Source: Patescibacteria group bacterium
GTDB taxonomy: Bacteria > Patescibacteriota > Microgenomatia > UBA10105 > UBA927
DNA: 64,000 nt
NCBI GenBank assembly: GCA_023379025.1
Contig: JAMCTH010000003.1
Location: 103,362 to 167,361, forward strand
Direction: 5' to 3'
Part shown: positions 1-8,801 of the stretch, in pieces
Numbering within the stretch: position 1 is the stretch's first letter
Layout: each line of letters opens with the position of its first letter
Translations under genes and position numbers: made by a program
The notes under the pieces: model-generated
Databases searched by the model: none
Told to the model about the DNA's origin: nothing
Seen by the model: only the letters and a program-made list of their open reading frames with translations

Positions 1-321
1 CTGACGCGAGCCGTTTACGAGAAGTTTAAGCGATCCTTGTTCTTCGTTCACACGGATCAGCCGGTTATATGTTGATGATGTTATCAATCGGGTTTGGGGG
101 TAAAGATAGGACAATAGAGACATAAATAATTGCCGGGCGTAGAAATTGGTTGATAGACATCGGAAATTCGGTAACGAAATTCGAAAATGGAGATGAGAAA
201 CAAAATCTATTATCGATTTTCAATGTTTCATTACGAATTACCGTTTTTATATTCCGATTTTCAAATCGAACCATTCGCTCTATCCGAACAATTTAACAAT
301 ATAACAATTTAACAATTCTCA

Positions 322-1563
322 TTATTCTCTTTTTATGACTTTCAAACCCATATACGGCTGGAGTGCTTCCGGGATATTCACCGATCCGTCCGCGTTCTGG
401 TAGTTTTCGAGGATCGCAAGCGGCGTCCGTGACGTGGCAATGGCCGTACCGTTCAGCATGTGAAGATACCCGACCGCACCTCCCTTTCTACGGACGCGGA
501 TATTGAGATTTCTGGCCTGATAATCCGTACAATTGGACGTAGAAGTCACCTCTCCGTATTCGCCCCGGGTCGGCATCCAGGCCTCTATGTCAAACTTTCG
601 GGCAGCCATGGCGCCCAGATCTCCGGTGCACATCTCGAGCACCCGGTACGGGAGCCCTAACCCCTGGTAGATCTTTTCCTCCATGGAAAGGAGGAGTTGG
701 TGCATGTGCTCTGATTCTTCAGGAGCGCAGTAAACAAACATCTCCGCTTTCGTAAACTCATGGACACGGTAGAGACCTTTTGAGTATTTCCCGTAGGCGC
801 CTGCCTCCTGCCGGAAGCAGTGAGAGTACCCGATATACTTGAACGGGAGATTCCCCTCCGGGATCACTTCGTCTGCGTGTTTACCCGCAAGCGTTACCTC
901 AGCCGTTGCGATCAAGCCTAAATCTTCTCCTTCAAGGGTATATGTTTGTGCTTCATTGCCTCTCGGCATATAGCCGGTTCCCAGATAGTAGCGGGATTTG
1001 GCAACATCCGGGGTAATAACCGGCACAAACCCTTCCCGTGCGAGAAGATCGAAGGCATAGCGGACCAGAGCAAGCTCCATGAGCGCGCCTTCGCGGTATA
1101 AAAAGTAAAACTGCGAACCGGCGACCTTGGCACCGGTGTCAAAATCAAGGATTCCGAGCGCCTTCCCGAGTTCAAGGTGGTCCTTGGGGGTAAAATCAAA
1201 TTTCCTGGGTGTCCCCCATTTGCGGACTTCAACGTTTTCCTTTTCGTTTTTCCCGACCGGTGCATCCTTGGAAGGAAGATTCGGAATCTGCGCGATGGTC
1301 CGACCAAGTTCTTCTTCCGTCTTGGCAAGTTCCGGTTCCCTGGCTTTGATCGCTTCCTTGACGGCTTTTCCTTCGGCAGAAACTTTACCTGCTTTGGCGA
1401 TTTCGTTCCGTTTGGCGCGGAGTTCCTCAAGTTCGCCAATCAGTTTTCGCCGTTTGGCATCAAGCGCCAGGACATCGTCTACAGTGTCCGGGTCAAAACC
1501 TTTGGCGGCAATGCCCTTTTTCACCTCATTCGGATTCTCTCTGACAAGTTTGATATCGATCAT
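322..1563 (-). CDS. serS: Seryl-tRNA synthetase
   Basis: 413 aa. N-terminal coiled-coil tRNA-binding arm (MIDIKLVRENP...), then a class II aaRS core with motifs such as GYSHCFRQEAG and GTAIATSRT. Confidence 0.93.
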   Translation of the reverse strand: MIDIKLVRENPNEVKKGIAAKGFDPDTVDDVLALDAKRRKLIGELEELRAKRNEIAKAGKVSAEGKAVKEAIKAREPELAKTEEELGRTIAQIPNLPSKDAPVGKNEKENVEVRKWGTPRKFDFTPKDHLELGKALGILDFDTGAKVAGSQFYFLYREGALMELALVRYAFDLLAREGFVPVITPDVAKSRYYLGTGYMPRGNEAQTYTLEGEDLGLIATAEVTLAGKHADEVIPEGNLPFKYIGYSHCFRQEAGAYGKYSKGLYRVHEFTKAEMFVYCAPEESEHMHQLLLSMEEKIYQGLGLPYRVLEMCTGDLGAMAARKFDIEAWMPTRGEYGEVTSTSNCTDYQARNLNIRVRRKGGAVGYLHMLNGTAIATSRTPLAILENYQNADGSVNIPEALQPYMGLKVIKRE

Positions 1564-1575
1564 GTTACCTCCATT

Positions 1576-2214
1576 TTAGCAAAAATCCCTCGGCGATTCC
1601 TTAGCCAGTGCAGCCCGTATAAATGGCTTAAGTTCTTCCAGTGCCTTTTTCCTGTGGTTGATCGATTCATTTTCTTCCGGCGTCAGATCGTCATGATTAT
1701 AAAACTTGTTAAACCGGGGAAGATACAAGAGGGAACGGTACGGATACCCAGCGATCCTGGCAGCAGAGGGCGTAAGAGGAATGATGCCGCAAACCGAGGC
1801 TTCGGCCGTATGCATCTTCCCGCCGGGAGTCGAAAAGGCGATGACAACGCGAAGCTTTGCCCCGCGATTTTGGAGCGGGACGCCCTTAAGCCTTTCCATT
1901 GTATACGCGATGAGTTCTTCGTCCTCATCTTCGCGGTCGCCGTGTATCCACCGGTGCGATTTCACCCCGGGCTCTCCCCCCAGTGCGTCTATCTCAAATC
2001 CGCCGTCATCTGCGATGGTTGGCAGTCCTGATTTGTCCGCATAGAATTTTGCTTTAAGCACTGCGTTTTCCTCAAATGTTTTCCCCGTTTCCTCCGGTCT
2101 GTCGATAATGTTTTTATCATCCAAACTCATAAGTTCTATGGGCATATCAGATAAAAACTCTTTAATTTCTGCCAATTTCCCGGGGTTAGTTGTAGCTATA
2201 AGAAGCTGTTTCAT
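1576..2214 (-). CDS. rdgB: Non-canonical purine NTP pyrophosphatase (RdgB/Ham1 family)
   Basis: 212 aa. N-terminal ATTNPGKLAEI signature of the Ham1/ITPase family. 12 nt downstream of serS on the same strand. Confidence 0.8.
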   Translation of the reverse strand: MKQLLIATTNPGKLAEIKEFLSDMPIELMSLDDKNIIDRPEETGKTFEENAVLKAKFYADKSGLPTIADDGGFEIDALGGEPGVKSHRWIHGDREDEDEELIAYTMERLKGVPLQNRGAKLRVVIAFSTPGGKMHTAEASVCGIIPLTPSAARIAGYPYRSLLYLPRFNKFYNHDDLTPEENESINHRKKALEELKPFIRAALAKESPRDFC

Positions 2215-2226
2215 ATTCAGTTTTCG

Positions 2227-2544
2227 TCATTCTGGCAATCCGCCGGCTGGCGGAGTGTCCAGAATCGAGTTATATAAGTCTCTCAGTAATGGGTTATGCT
2301 TTCGGATTAATCCTAACTTTTCACTTCTCTTCATATCCTTAATTTGTTTTTCCCTTATGATAGCATTTCGAATATCGTCAAACACTTCGTAATAGACGAG
2401 CGCGTGTAGACCGTATCTTGCAGTAAAGCCAAATGGGTCAGAATTACGTTTGTGTTGATAAACTCGTTTCACTAGGTTGCTTGTTACTCCTGTATAGAGT
2501 GTTGGACGAGTGTTTGCCATGATATAAACATATCCGGTTTTCAT
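2227..2544 (-). CDS. Stand-alone GIY-YIG nuclease domain protein
   Basis: 105 aa. GYVYIM...LYTGVTSNLVKRVYQHK is the GIY-YIG core seen in UvrC N-terminal-like and small endonucleases. Confidence 0.75.
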   Translation of the reverse strand: MKTGYVYIMANTRPTLYTGVTSNLVKRVYQHKRNSDPFGFTARYGLHALVYYEVFDDIRNAIIREKQIKDMKRSEKLGLIRKHNPLLRDLYNSILDTPPAGGLPE

Positions 2545-2587
2545 ACGGATTCTGGGTGCGCTCGGGGACTCGCTTACCAGAATGACG

Positions 2588-3169
2588 CTACAACCCCAGT
2601 TCCTCGTGGTGAACTTGCATCGAAGAAAGTGTTATTTGTATAAATTCATCAACCGGTATCCCAAGTTTTTCTTCGCATTGTGCTATCTGTTCCCGGGCAA
2701 CCGCGGCTGCAAATGCCTTTTGTTTCCATTTCTTTTGAACTGATTCAACAGTCACAAGATCGAGTTTCTTTTCCGGCCGGACCAAGGCAACGGCGACTAT
2801 AAACCCGGTAAGCTCATCCACCGTTTCAAGCGCCCATTCCATAGCTCCCTCAAGCTCTGCGAGGTGCGTTCTTTTTCCGTTATGGGATTTAAGCGCATGA
2901 ACGATCGGGCCCTCCGTTTCTCCGAGTTCATGAAGCCATGAAAGCGTATGCTTCGTGTGCTCGTCAGGACTGTCTTTCGTTTCTTCCCAATCCGCGTCAT
3001 GGAGTAAGCCGAGAATCTCCCACTGATCCGGGTCGCCACCGAGCTTCTCCGCAAGGGCGCGCATGGCAAACCCTACCGCGTACATATGACGCCGGAGGTT
3101 CTGGTTTTGGGTGTGGGCATGAAGAAGATCAAGTGCCTGATTTCTGGTGATCATAAGCTCATGTGACAA
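2588..3169 (-). CDS. HD-domain phosphohydrolase
   Basis: 193 aa. H...HD motif (LLHDADWEE) and conserved His residues typical of the HD superfamily. Confidence 0.7.
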   Translation of the reverse strand: MSHELMITRNQALDLLHAHTQNQNLRRHMYAVGFAMRALAEKLGGDPDQWEILGLLHDADWEETKDSPDEHTKHTLSWLHELGETEGPIVHALKSHNGKRTHLAELEGAMEWALETVDELTGFIVAVALVRPEKKLDLVTVESVQKKWKQKAFAAAVAREQIAQCEEKLGIPVDEFIQITLSSMQVHHEELGL

Positions 3170-5477
3170 CTCCTGTGAAATCGAGTGTTCCGCCGCAATA
3201 CCGGAGGATGTTCTGTACTGACTCGTTCAGAGAATGTTCGACCATATCCGGTGCAATATCCAATATCCCGTCCACGTTAATCCAGATATCCTTCGTATCT
3301 TCCGTCACCATGGTGCGCTTCGCATCGCGGTAATTAAAGTCAATATTATACCCGCCGACCCGGTCGTAATACGCGAGTTCCGTGGCCTTATATGCGGTAG
3401 GTTCCGTATCCCCAAGCAACAGTATTTCGTCACCCGCCCCGGCGTACCGGAGTACGGCCGGAAATTGCACCATATCCGCATTAAAGGCTCCGATAGATAC
3501 TCTATGACTCATGACAACCAGATTATATGCATCGACACAGGTATTTACGGTGTACAGTCCCTTTCCGAGCGCGACACGACGGAGAAGCGCTTCCGGTGAA
3601 GGCCGTCGGGAATGCCAGTCTATCCCCATATCCCGGTAGAGCTTCCGGTAGCTGATAATTTCCGGATACTTACCCAGTTCCTCTGTCGTCAACCCGGCAA
3701 GGCCGTTCAGGAATTTCTTTTTCTCTTCCTCAAGCCCGCGGTCCGAGGGAGCAATGCGGACTCCCCGAATCAGGGCGATACCGATGGAGACCGTCGGATA
3801 CCGCTCCTTCACCTTCGGATCTATGACAAAATAGTCCGGCTTGTGTATACCGTGAACGTTCTTTTCCCGAACGGTTACCTGAATTTTCGGGGCAAGTGTT
3901 AACCGTCCTATAACGGCGTCTTTCGGAAATTTCCTGAGAAGCCACCCGGCGCGCGGACCGTATGGTTTATCAAGTACTGAACAATAGAGCGCTTCAAAGG
4001 CAAGCTTTGGATCGAGATGCATCTCCTTTACCAGACGGAAGAGCTCTGACTGAAGTTTCTCCGGATCCTCTGCATATTTCCAGACTACTGCTAACTTCCG
4101 TAAGAAATCCCACTGTATGTCGGAAAGAGACAGATTCTCGTACGGCTTCACCGAAAGCTGGTATTTGTAATCATCCGGCGCGAACCTGGACACCCATACT
4201 CTCGCATACGTTTCCCGCTCGCCAAGGCATCGCACTTCTGCTTCGGTCAACCGTAATCCCTTAACGCACTCAAATTTCTGAAGCAAGTCGACGTTCGGCA
4301 ACTGTATGTAGTTGGCTATATCACGAAATCGGGGCAAAAACATCTCCGGATTTTTTGCGGGGGGTTCATGTATCTGAGACAGGAGAAATGCCCTCGATAA
4401 ATTTTCGTCGCCGTCCGTATGGTATGCCGTCCAGCAACGGTCGTATTCGTCAAATAAATCCGGTATTGCCATGGTCCCCGTCGGATCGATCTCTATAGCC
4501 TGCCGGTAATCCGTCCTCGTAAACAAAAACTTTCCGACTGGCGCGGGAAGGACCTTTGTAAGATCCCTTGCCTTAAGCCCCAACCCTTTTGATGAAGACA
4601 TTTTCTTGCCGCCGATGAGGAAAAATTCATACGGAAGATTATATGGCTCCGGTATATGAAAAACCTCGCGGCAGAGCTCCCGTGCTATATCCCGAGATCC
4701 GCCGGCAGATGAATGATCTTTTCCTGCTCCTTCGATCGTGACCCCCATCACTTTCCAATGTGCCGGCCAATCCACTTTCCACGGCAGTTTTCCCGGGTGA
4801 TGCTTCGGATCACCGGAGTCTGTAAAAGGACTGGTTTTCCCGTTATATCCGCATCCTTTTGCCCATGACACCATATCCGGTTCGCAGGTATAGGAAACGG
4901 TTGTACCGTCCCACCCGTGCACCCGCGTTGTGCCGAGTCTGCCGCAGTTTTCGCATACCACCTGAAGCGGGAGCCAACCTTTTTCCCGTTTTTTACTGCC
5001 ACTAACACGCTGATAAATATCCTGAATGAGGTCAGCATGATCGAGTGCTTCGCGAATCACGACATCGAATTTTCCCGCATGATACATATCCCAGGACGAA
5101 AGGAATGTTGCGGAGACCCCAAGCGATGTCAGCACCTTCTTAAAATCATTGGTGAAATACTCTGCAAATGTTGTTTCAGCATTATCCGGCGCACGCGCCA
5201 GCCGGAGCGGTTTGCCGAGTTCACTGGAAAGAGACATGAGTTCCGGGGGCAATCCGTCAACAGGATCGAAATCATTAAGAACAAAGGTAAATGTCACGTC
5301 GACTCCCCTGTCCAGGAGCGCCCGGTAGACAATGTCATGTACAAGCGGTCCCCGGAGTGACCCAATATGCGCAAAGCCGGACGGCGTAAACATATCATCC
5401 ACGTGATATGGCACAAATTTCCCTGTCTCAACGATTTTTTGTGCTACAGCATCTGCCCAAAACATATATACCCCCAT
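3159..5477 (-). CDS. lysK: Class I lysyl-tRNA synthetase fused to a C-terminal B3/B4-like tRNA-binding/editing domain
   Basis: 772 aa. HIGH-type motif FAHIGSLRG, a Zn-finger-like CENCGRL...C cluster and KMSKS motif KMSSSKG give an archaeal-type LysRS-I core of about 520 aa. About 230 extra C-terminal residues (YTVNTCVDAYNLVVMSHRVSIGAFNADMV...DFNYRDAKRTMV) resemble the PheT B3/B4 domain. Confidence 0.85.
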   Translation of the reverse strand: MGVYMFWADAVAQKIVETGKFVPYHVDDMFTPSGFAHIGSLRGPLVHDIVYRALLDRGVDVTFTFVLNDFDPVDGLPPELMSLSSELGKPLRLARAPDNAETTFAEYFTNDFKKVLTSLGVSATFLSSWDMYHAGKFDVVIREALDHADLIQDIYQRVSGSKKREKGWLPLQVVCENCGRLGTTRVHGWDGTTVSYTCEPDMVSWAKGCGYNGKTSPFTDSGDPKHHPGKLPWKVDWPAHWKVMGVTIEGAGKDHSSAGGSRDIARELCREVFHIPEPYNLPYEFFLIGGKKMSSSKGLGLKARDLTKVLPAPVGKFLFTRTDYRQAIEIDPTGTMAIPDLFDEYDRCWTAYHTDGDENLSRAFLLSQIHEPPAKNPEMFLPRFRDIANYIQLPNVDLLQKFECVKGLRLTEAEVRCLGERETYARVWVSRFAPDDYKYQLSVKPYENLSLSDIQWDFLRKLAVVWKYAEDPEKLQSELFRLVKEMHLDPKLAFEALYCSVLDKPYGPRAGWLLRKFPKDAVIGRLTLAPKIQVTVREKNVHGIHKPDYFVIDPKVKERYPTVSIGIALIRGVRIAPSDRGLEEEKKKFLNGLAGLTTEELGKYPEIISYRKLYRDMGIDWHSRRPSPEALLRRVALGKGLYTVNTCVDAYNLVVMSHRVSIGAFNADMVQFPAVLRYAGAGDEILLLGDTEPTAYKATELAYYDRVGGYNIDFNYRDAKRTMVTEDTKDIWINVDGILDIAPDMVEHSLNESVQNILRYCGGTLDFTGVVT

Positions 5478-5536
5478 TGTACCATCTGATGATCTGAACG
5501 ATCAGCATGTCTCTGCGATCGTACGCATCCAATATA

Positions 5537-5563
5537 CCAAAAACCCCGCACTCGGCGGGGGTC
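5537..5563 (-). terminator. Rho-independent terminator downstream of greA
   Basis: The minus strand reads GACCCCCGCCGAGTGCGGGGTTTTTGG: a GC-rich hairpin plus a U-run about 20 nt after the greA stop. Confidence 0.6.
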
Positions 5564-5582
5564 TTTGGAGCTTGCGTATTTT

Positions 5583-6050
5583 TTATTCTATATCGACGAT
5601 TTTGTAGACGAGCTTACCCGCCGGTGCCTCTACCTCAACGGTATCGCCCGGTTTTTTACCGAGGAGTGCCTTCCCGAGCGGCGACTCATGGGATATTTTC
5701 TTCTGTGTCGGATCTGCTTCCCATTCACCGACAACGGAAAACACTTCTTTTTTATTCCCGACATGGAGCGTCACCCTGCAACCGACATTTACCGTTTTGT
5801 TATGCCCGTTGTTGGACACGACTTTTGCCGCCCTGATGATCTCCTCAAGTTCCGCAATCCTGCCGTCGATAAACGCAAGATCCTGTTTTGCTGCGGCGTA
5901 CTCGCTGTTTTCGGACAAATCACCGAGATCCCTCGCATCGGACAGCCGTTTTACGACATCCGGGCGCTTCGTATCCACCAGCTCCTTATATTCAGCTTTA
6001 AGTTCCTCCAGGCCTTCTTTCGTCAGGACCTGTCTTTTGGTTTGATCCAT
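5583..6050 (-). CDS. greA: Transcription elongation factor GreA
   Basis: 155 aa. N-terminal coiled coil (LTKEGLEELKAEYKEL...DLSENSEYAAAK) and a C-terminal FKBP-like domain. Confidence 0.92.
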   Translation of the reverse strand: MDQTKRQVLTKEGLEELKAEYKELVDTKRPDVVKRLSDARDLGDLSENSEYAAAKQDLAFIDGRIAELEEIIRAAKVVSNNGHNKTVNVGCRVTLHVGNKKEVFSVVGEWEADPTQKKISHESPLGKALLGKKPGDTVEVEAPAGKLVYKIVDIE

Positions 6051-6347
6051 AGTCGTATTACGCCGGAAGATGATTCGCTAAATGCGCTGCGGCATTTCGA
6101 AACTCTCCCGACGGCCTCTCAAGACAATCCCGGCCAAGTATTGGGCGAAGCCATGCGACGCCAAACAACATCAACCGGGCTAAAAAAAATCTCCCCTTTC
6201 TGGTTCCGAACCCCAAGGGAGCAGTGGTATAACATCAGCCTCAACTGAGGCTCACGATCATTAGTATCAGTGTACCCGAACCAACTTGAGGTGTCAAGTA
6301 GAAGCTGATAAAATAAAGGCAACCTCCAATTCAGAACAGTCTCTTTT

Positions 6348-6421
6348 GGCGCGTTCGTCTAGTGGCCCAGGACGGCTGGTTCTCAACCAGCAAATCATGG
6401 GTTCGAATCCCATACGCGCTA
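6348..6421 (+). tRNA. tRNA-Glu (anticodon CUC)
   Basis: 74 nt cloverleaf. Acceptor GGCGCGU/ACGCGCU (G1-U72), D-arm UCGUCUAGUGGCCCAGGAC (the tRNA-Glu signature), anticodon stem GCUGG/CCAGC with loop UUCUCAA giving CUC, T-arm AUGGGUUCGAAUCCCAU, discriminator A. No encoded CCA. Confidence 0.85.
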
Positions 6422-6507
6422 CAATTTATTTCACTCAGTACAGATCGTCGGTTCGTTTACTCCGAAAGCGAAGGTATTGGGAGAATCCGACTGTGGGTAC
6501 CAATTTA

Positions 6508-7131
6508 TCACTGATTGTCGCCAACTAATACGACGTCTCTTTCTAATAATCTATCCGGAAACGGTAAACCCCGTTTGACAAACTCAGGTTTGCTCTTCTC
6601 AATAACATCCTCGATTTTTGATTGTGTAATAAGTATTGTGGACGCCTCAACACGATCATCAACACTTATTAGTATTTCACCGGCCGCTACCCTCTCGATA
6701 ATTGTCTGTGCCCAGGAGACCTGTTTTTCCCACCGAATCGCCATCTCCTTTTCTCCCTCATGAAAGTCGGGGGTATGCGCTCTCATGGGATCCGCAATCC
6801 CGGGCATTACGACTGTATTAAATCTATGCCGTGAGCCATACGTATCAGCATAATTAGCTCCTAAAGCATTGCTTAATCTGTCTATCATTCTGGTGGGGTC
6901 ATCGGAAGTAGGTAATAGTCCATGTTCAAATCTAAAGAGAGCTATCAGCCGAGCGATGGGACGAGGGAGTATAGTCATTATTGCCCTATCTATTTTCCGT
7001 AGCTCTGGTGTTGGCGGTAGCATCTGACGAACGGCCCAACCGATTTGGTCACCGAGGTAATCTCTATCCCCTTCTGCCATATATGAGATTGTATCAGTAA
7101 AGAATGAATCGACAAACATGTTCGATTTCAT
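6508..7131 (-). CDS. Hypothetical protein, last gene of the island operon
   Basis: Long ORF of about 200 aa from MKSNMF with no family motif recognised. The start is uncertain (ORF extends to 7230). Confidence 0.4.
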   Translation of the reverse strand: MKSNMFVDSFFTDTISYMAEGDRDYLGDQIGWAVRQMLPPTPELRKIDRAIMTILPRPIARLIALFRFEHGLLPTSDDPTRMIDRLSNALGANYADTYGSRHRFNTVVMPGIADPMRAHTPDFHEGEKEMAIRWEKQVSWAQTIIERVAAGEILISVDDRVEASTILITQSKIEDVIEKSKPEFVKRGLPFPDRLLERDVVLVGDNQ

Positions 7132-7403
7132 CCCAACTTCTGTATACATTATGATATAGAGGAAGTGTGTTAATAAAACCGTACAATTGGTAAAAGTGTT
7201 CAACAATAGAATGACACGTAGTACTAGCAATCAGTAGTGCTCTTACTGCCCACACCCCCGGGGTGTGTAACATTGAGTGCAATGTTCCTTTCTATGTTGT
7301 GGACGATCATTATACCTATCAGTAGCAATATGCCCATTCAGGCATACTTGCATTACGTCATAATATCCCATAAACTTCTCCTAATTTTTTTACTGGCCAA
7401 TGT

Positions 7404-7832
7404 TTATTCATCGATTTTTTCGGTTAGTTTAGAAATCAGTTCTTTTAACGTTTTAATGTTTTCAGGATCATCGCTATATGCGTCAAACCAGTAACTTTTT
7501 TCTCCATTCTCGCCTTTATGGAAATTTAGAAATCTTCCGAACCTTTCTATCCTAAAGCCTTTCTCTCCTCCAATTGAAAATAAATTAGAACGAGCTATTA
7601 AACCAATAAAAAGAATAATTAAGGTAATCCAAAGAAAAAGGTTATTTTGGAGAATAGATTCCCCTAGCAATAATTTCGCTAACTTTAGGACTAAAATCCA
7701 TAAAAGGAGATATAAAATAGGTGCCAAAAATCTAAAAGTTGGAACGATTATATTTTTATATGAACTTTCAATAAATTGTATTAACATAGTCATTTTTACT
7801 GGCCAATTAGTTTTCATAAATAAAAATCCCAC
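7404..7832 (-). CDS. Hypothetical small membrane protein (2 predicted TM helices)
   Basis: 142 aa. Hydrophobic stretches ILYLLLWILVLKLAKLLL and LFLWITLIILFIGLIA. AT-rich codon usage consistent with the island. Confidence 0.4.
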   Translation of the reverse strand: MGFLFMKTNWPVKMTMLIQFIESSYKNIIVPTFRFLAPILYLLLWILVLKLAKLLLGESILQNNLFLWITLIILFIGLIARSNLFSIGGEKGFRIERFGRFLNFHKGENGEKSYWFDAYSDDPENIKTLKELISKLTEKIDE

Positions 7833-8560
7833 AAACCTAAATTACTAAGTATACATATAATAGTTAGATTAAACTTTTGTTTTGGGACACTTTTTTCAAA
7901 ATAAGTTTTCAAATTATTGTAAGTAATATTTTGTAGTCCTATTGGTTGATGTGACCATATAAAAACAATTCCACTTCCAAACTTTTGTATTTGATAATAA
8001 CTTTCTAGTTGGTAAAGTGCTTGGTTATTTACTTTATCTATCAATTTTTGAAAAAACTTTTTCTCATCTAAACCCTGCGGGGAGAGAAGCTTTACCTCTA
8101 CTGGAGTTATTACGCTTCTATTTTTTGCAAGAAAATCTGGTGAGCGATTGTAATTGCTTTTTGGCAAATACTCAACTTCAGAAAAATTGCCAAAAAACTT
8201 AGTATTCACTAATCTAGTTGCAACGTCAAACTCTGCAAACATCTCTTCTACTCTTTGATCGTTTTTATTTCTTGTTATCTCTTTGCTGATATAAAAAATA
8301 GAGTTTGAGTTTTTAATTTTGTTGAGAACAGCTTGTGCACTGCTAACCCAGCTTTGATTTTGTAAATTATTTTTTAGCTTAATATAGATAGGTGAAGTTT
8401 GTAAATCCAATTTTTCATATTTATCCAATATCGGCTGGATTAGTTTTTCAATCTCTTTTTTTACTGAATCACGATTTCCTTTATCTTGCTTCATAAATTT
8501 GTATACAAGGAGCCTTATAAAAATTTTGTAGTTCCTGGAACTTGTTACAATAATATTCAA
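7814..8560 (-). CDS. Hypothetical protein (island)
   Basis: 248 aa ORF in the AT-rich island, overlapping both neighbours by short stretches (operon-like). No recognisable motifs. Confidence 0.4.
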   Translation of the reverse strand: MNIIVTSSRNYKIFIRLLVYKFMKQDKGNRDSVKKEIEKLIQPILDKYEKLDLQTSPIYIKLKNNLQNQSWVSSAQAVLNKIKNSNSIFYISKEITRNKNDQRVEEMFAEFDVATRLVNTKFFGNFSEVEYLPKSNYNRSPDFLAKNRSVITPVEVKLLSPQGLDEKKFFQKLIDKVNNQALYQLESYYQIQKFGSGIVFIWSHQPIGLQNITYNNLKTYFEKSVPKQKFNLTIICILSNLGLWDFYL

Positions 8561-8765
8561 TATCTTCTTCTGATAAATGATGTCCTACTTTTGAGAGTTT
8601 TTCTCTTAACCATAATCCATCCTTTGTTTTCCTACTGTATCGGCAAACGCACTTCACAAAAGCGTAAAATCTCTCCAGATCTAACGGGTGGAAAGATTCC
8701 GGATATTGACCAATCCATAATTTAAAAGATTGATCTATCGGATGTTGGTTATGTATTAAAGTCAT
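8481..8765 (-). CDS. Hypothetical small protein (island)
   Basis: 94 aa ORF directly downstream of the methyltransferase gene. Cys/His-containing (CVCRY...HH...YYC). No family assigned. Confidence 0.35.
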   Translation of the reverse strand: MTLIHNQHPIDQSFKLWIGQYPESFHPLDLERFYAFVKCVCRYSRKTKDGLWLREKLSKVGHHLSEEDIEYYCNKFQELQNFYKAPCIQIYEAR

Positions 8766-8801
8766 ATAAAAATCACTATCTTACCGACCAATTATTTTTC
8801 A

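Noticed and set aside
1177-2031. 284 aa plus-strand ORF
   Set aside because: Lies entirely antisense to the well-supported serS and rdgB genes. Low-complexity translation with no motifs.
5565-6248. 227 aa plus-strand ORF
   Set aside because: Antisense to greA. greA has unambiguous family motifs and a terminator.
6272-6340. Candidate sigma70-like promoter (TTGAGG-N17-TAAAAT) upstream of tRNA-Glu
   Set aside because: The match to consensus is mediocre and I cannot verify spacing to a transcription start. Mentioned only as a possibility.
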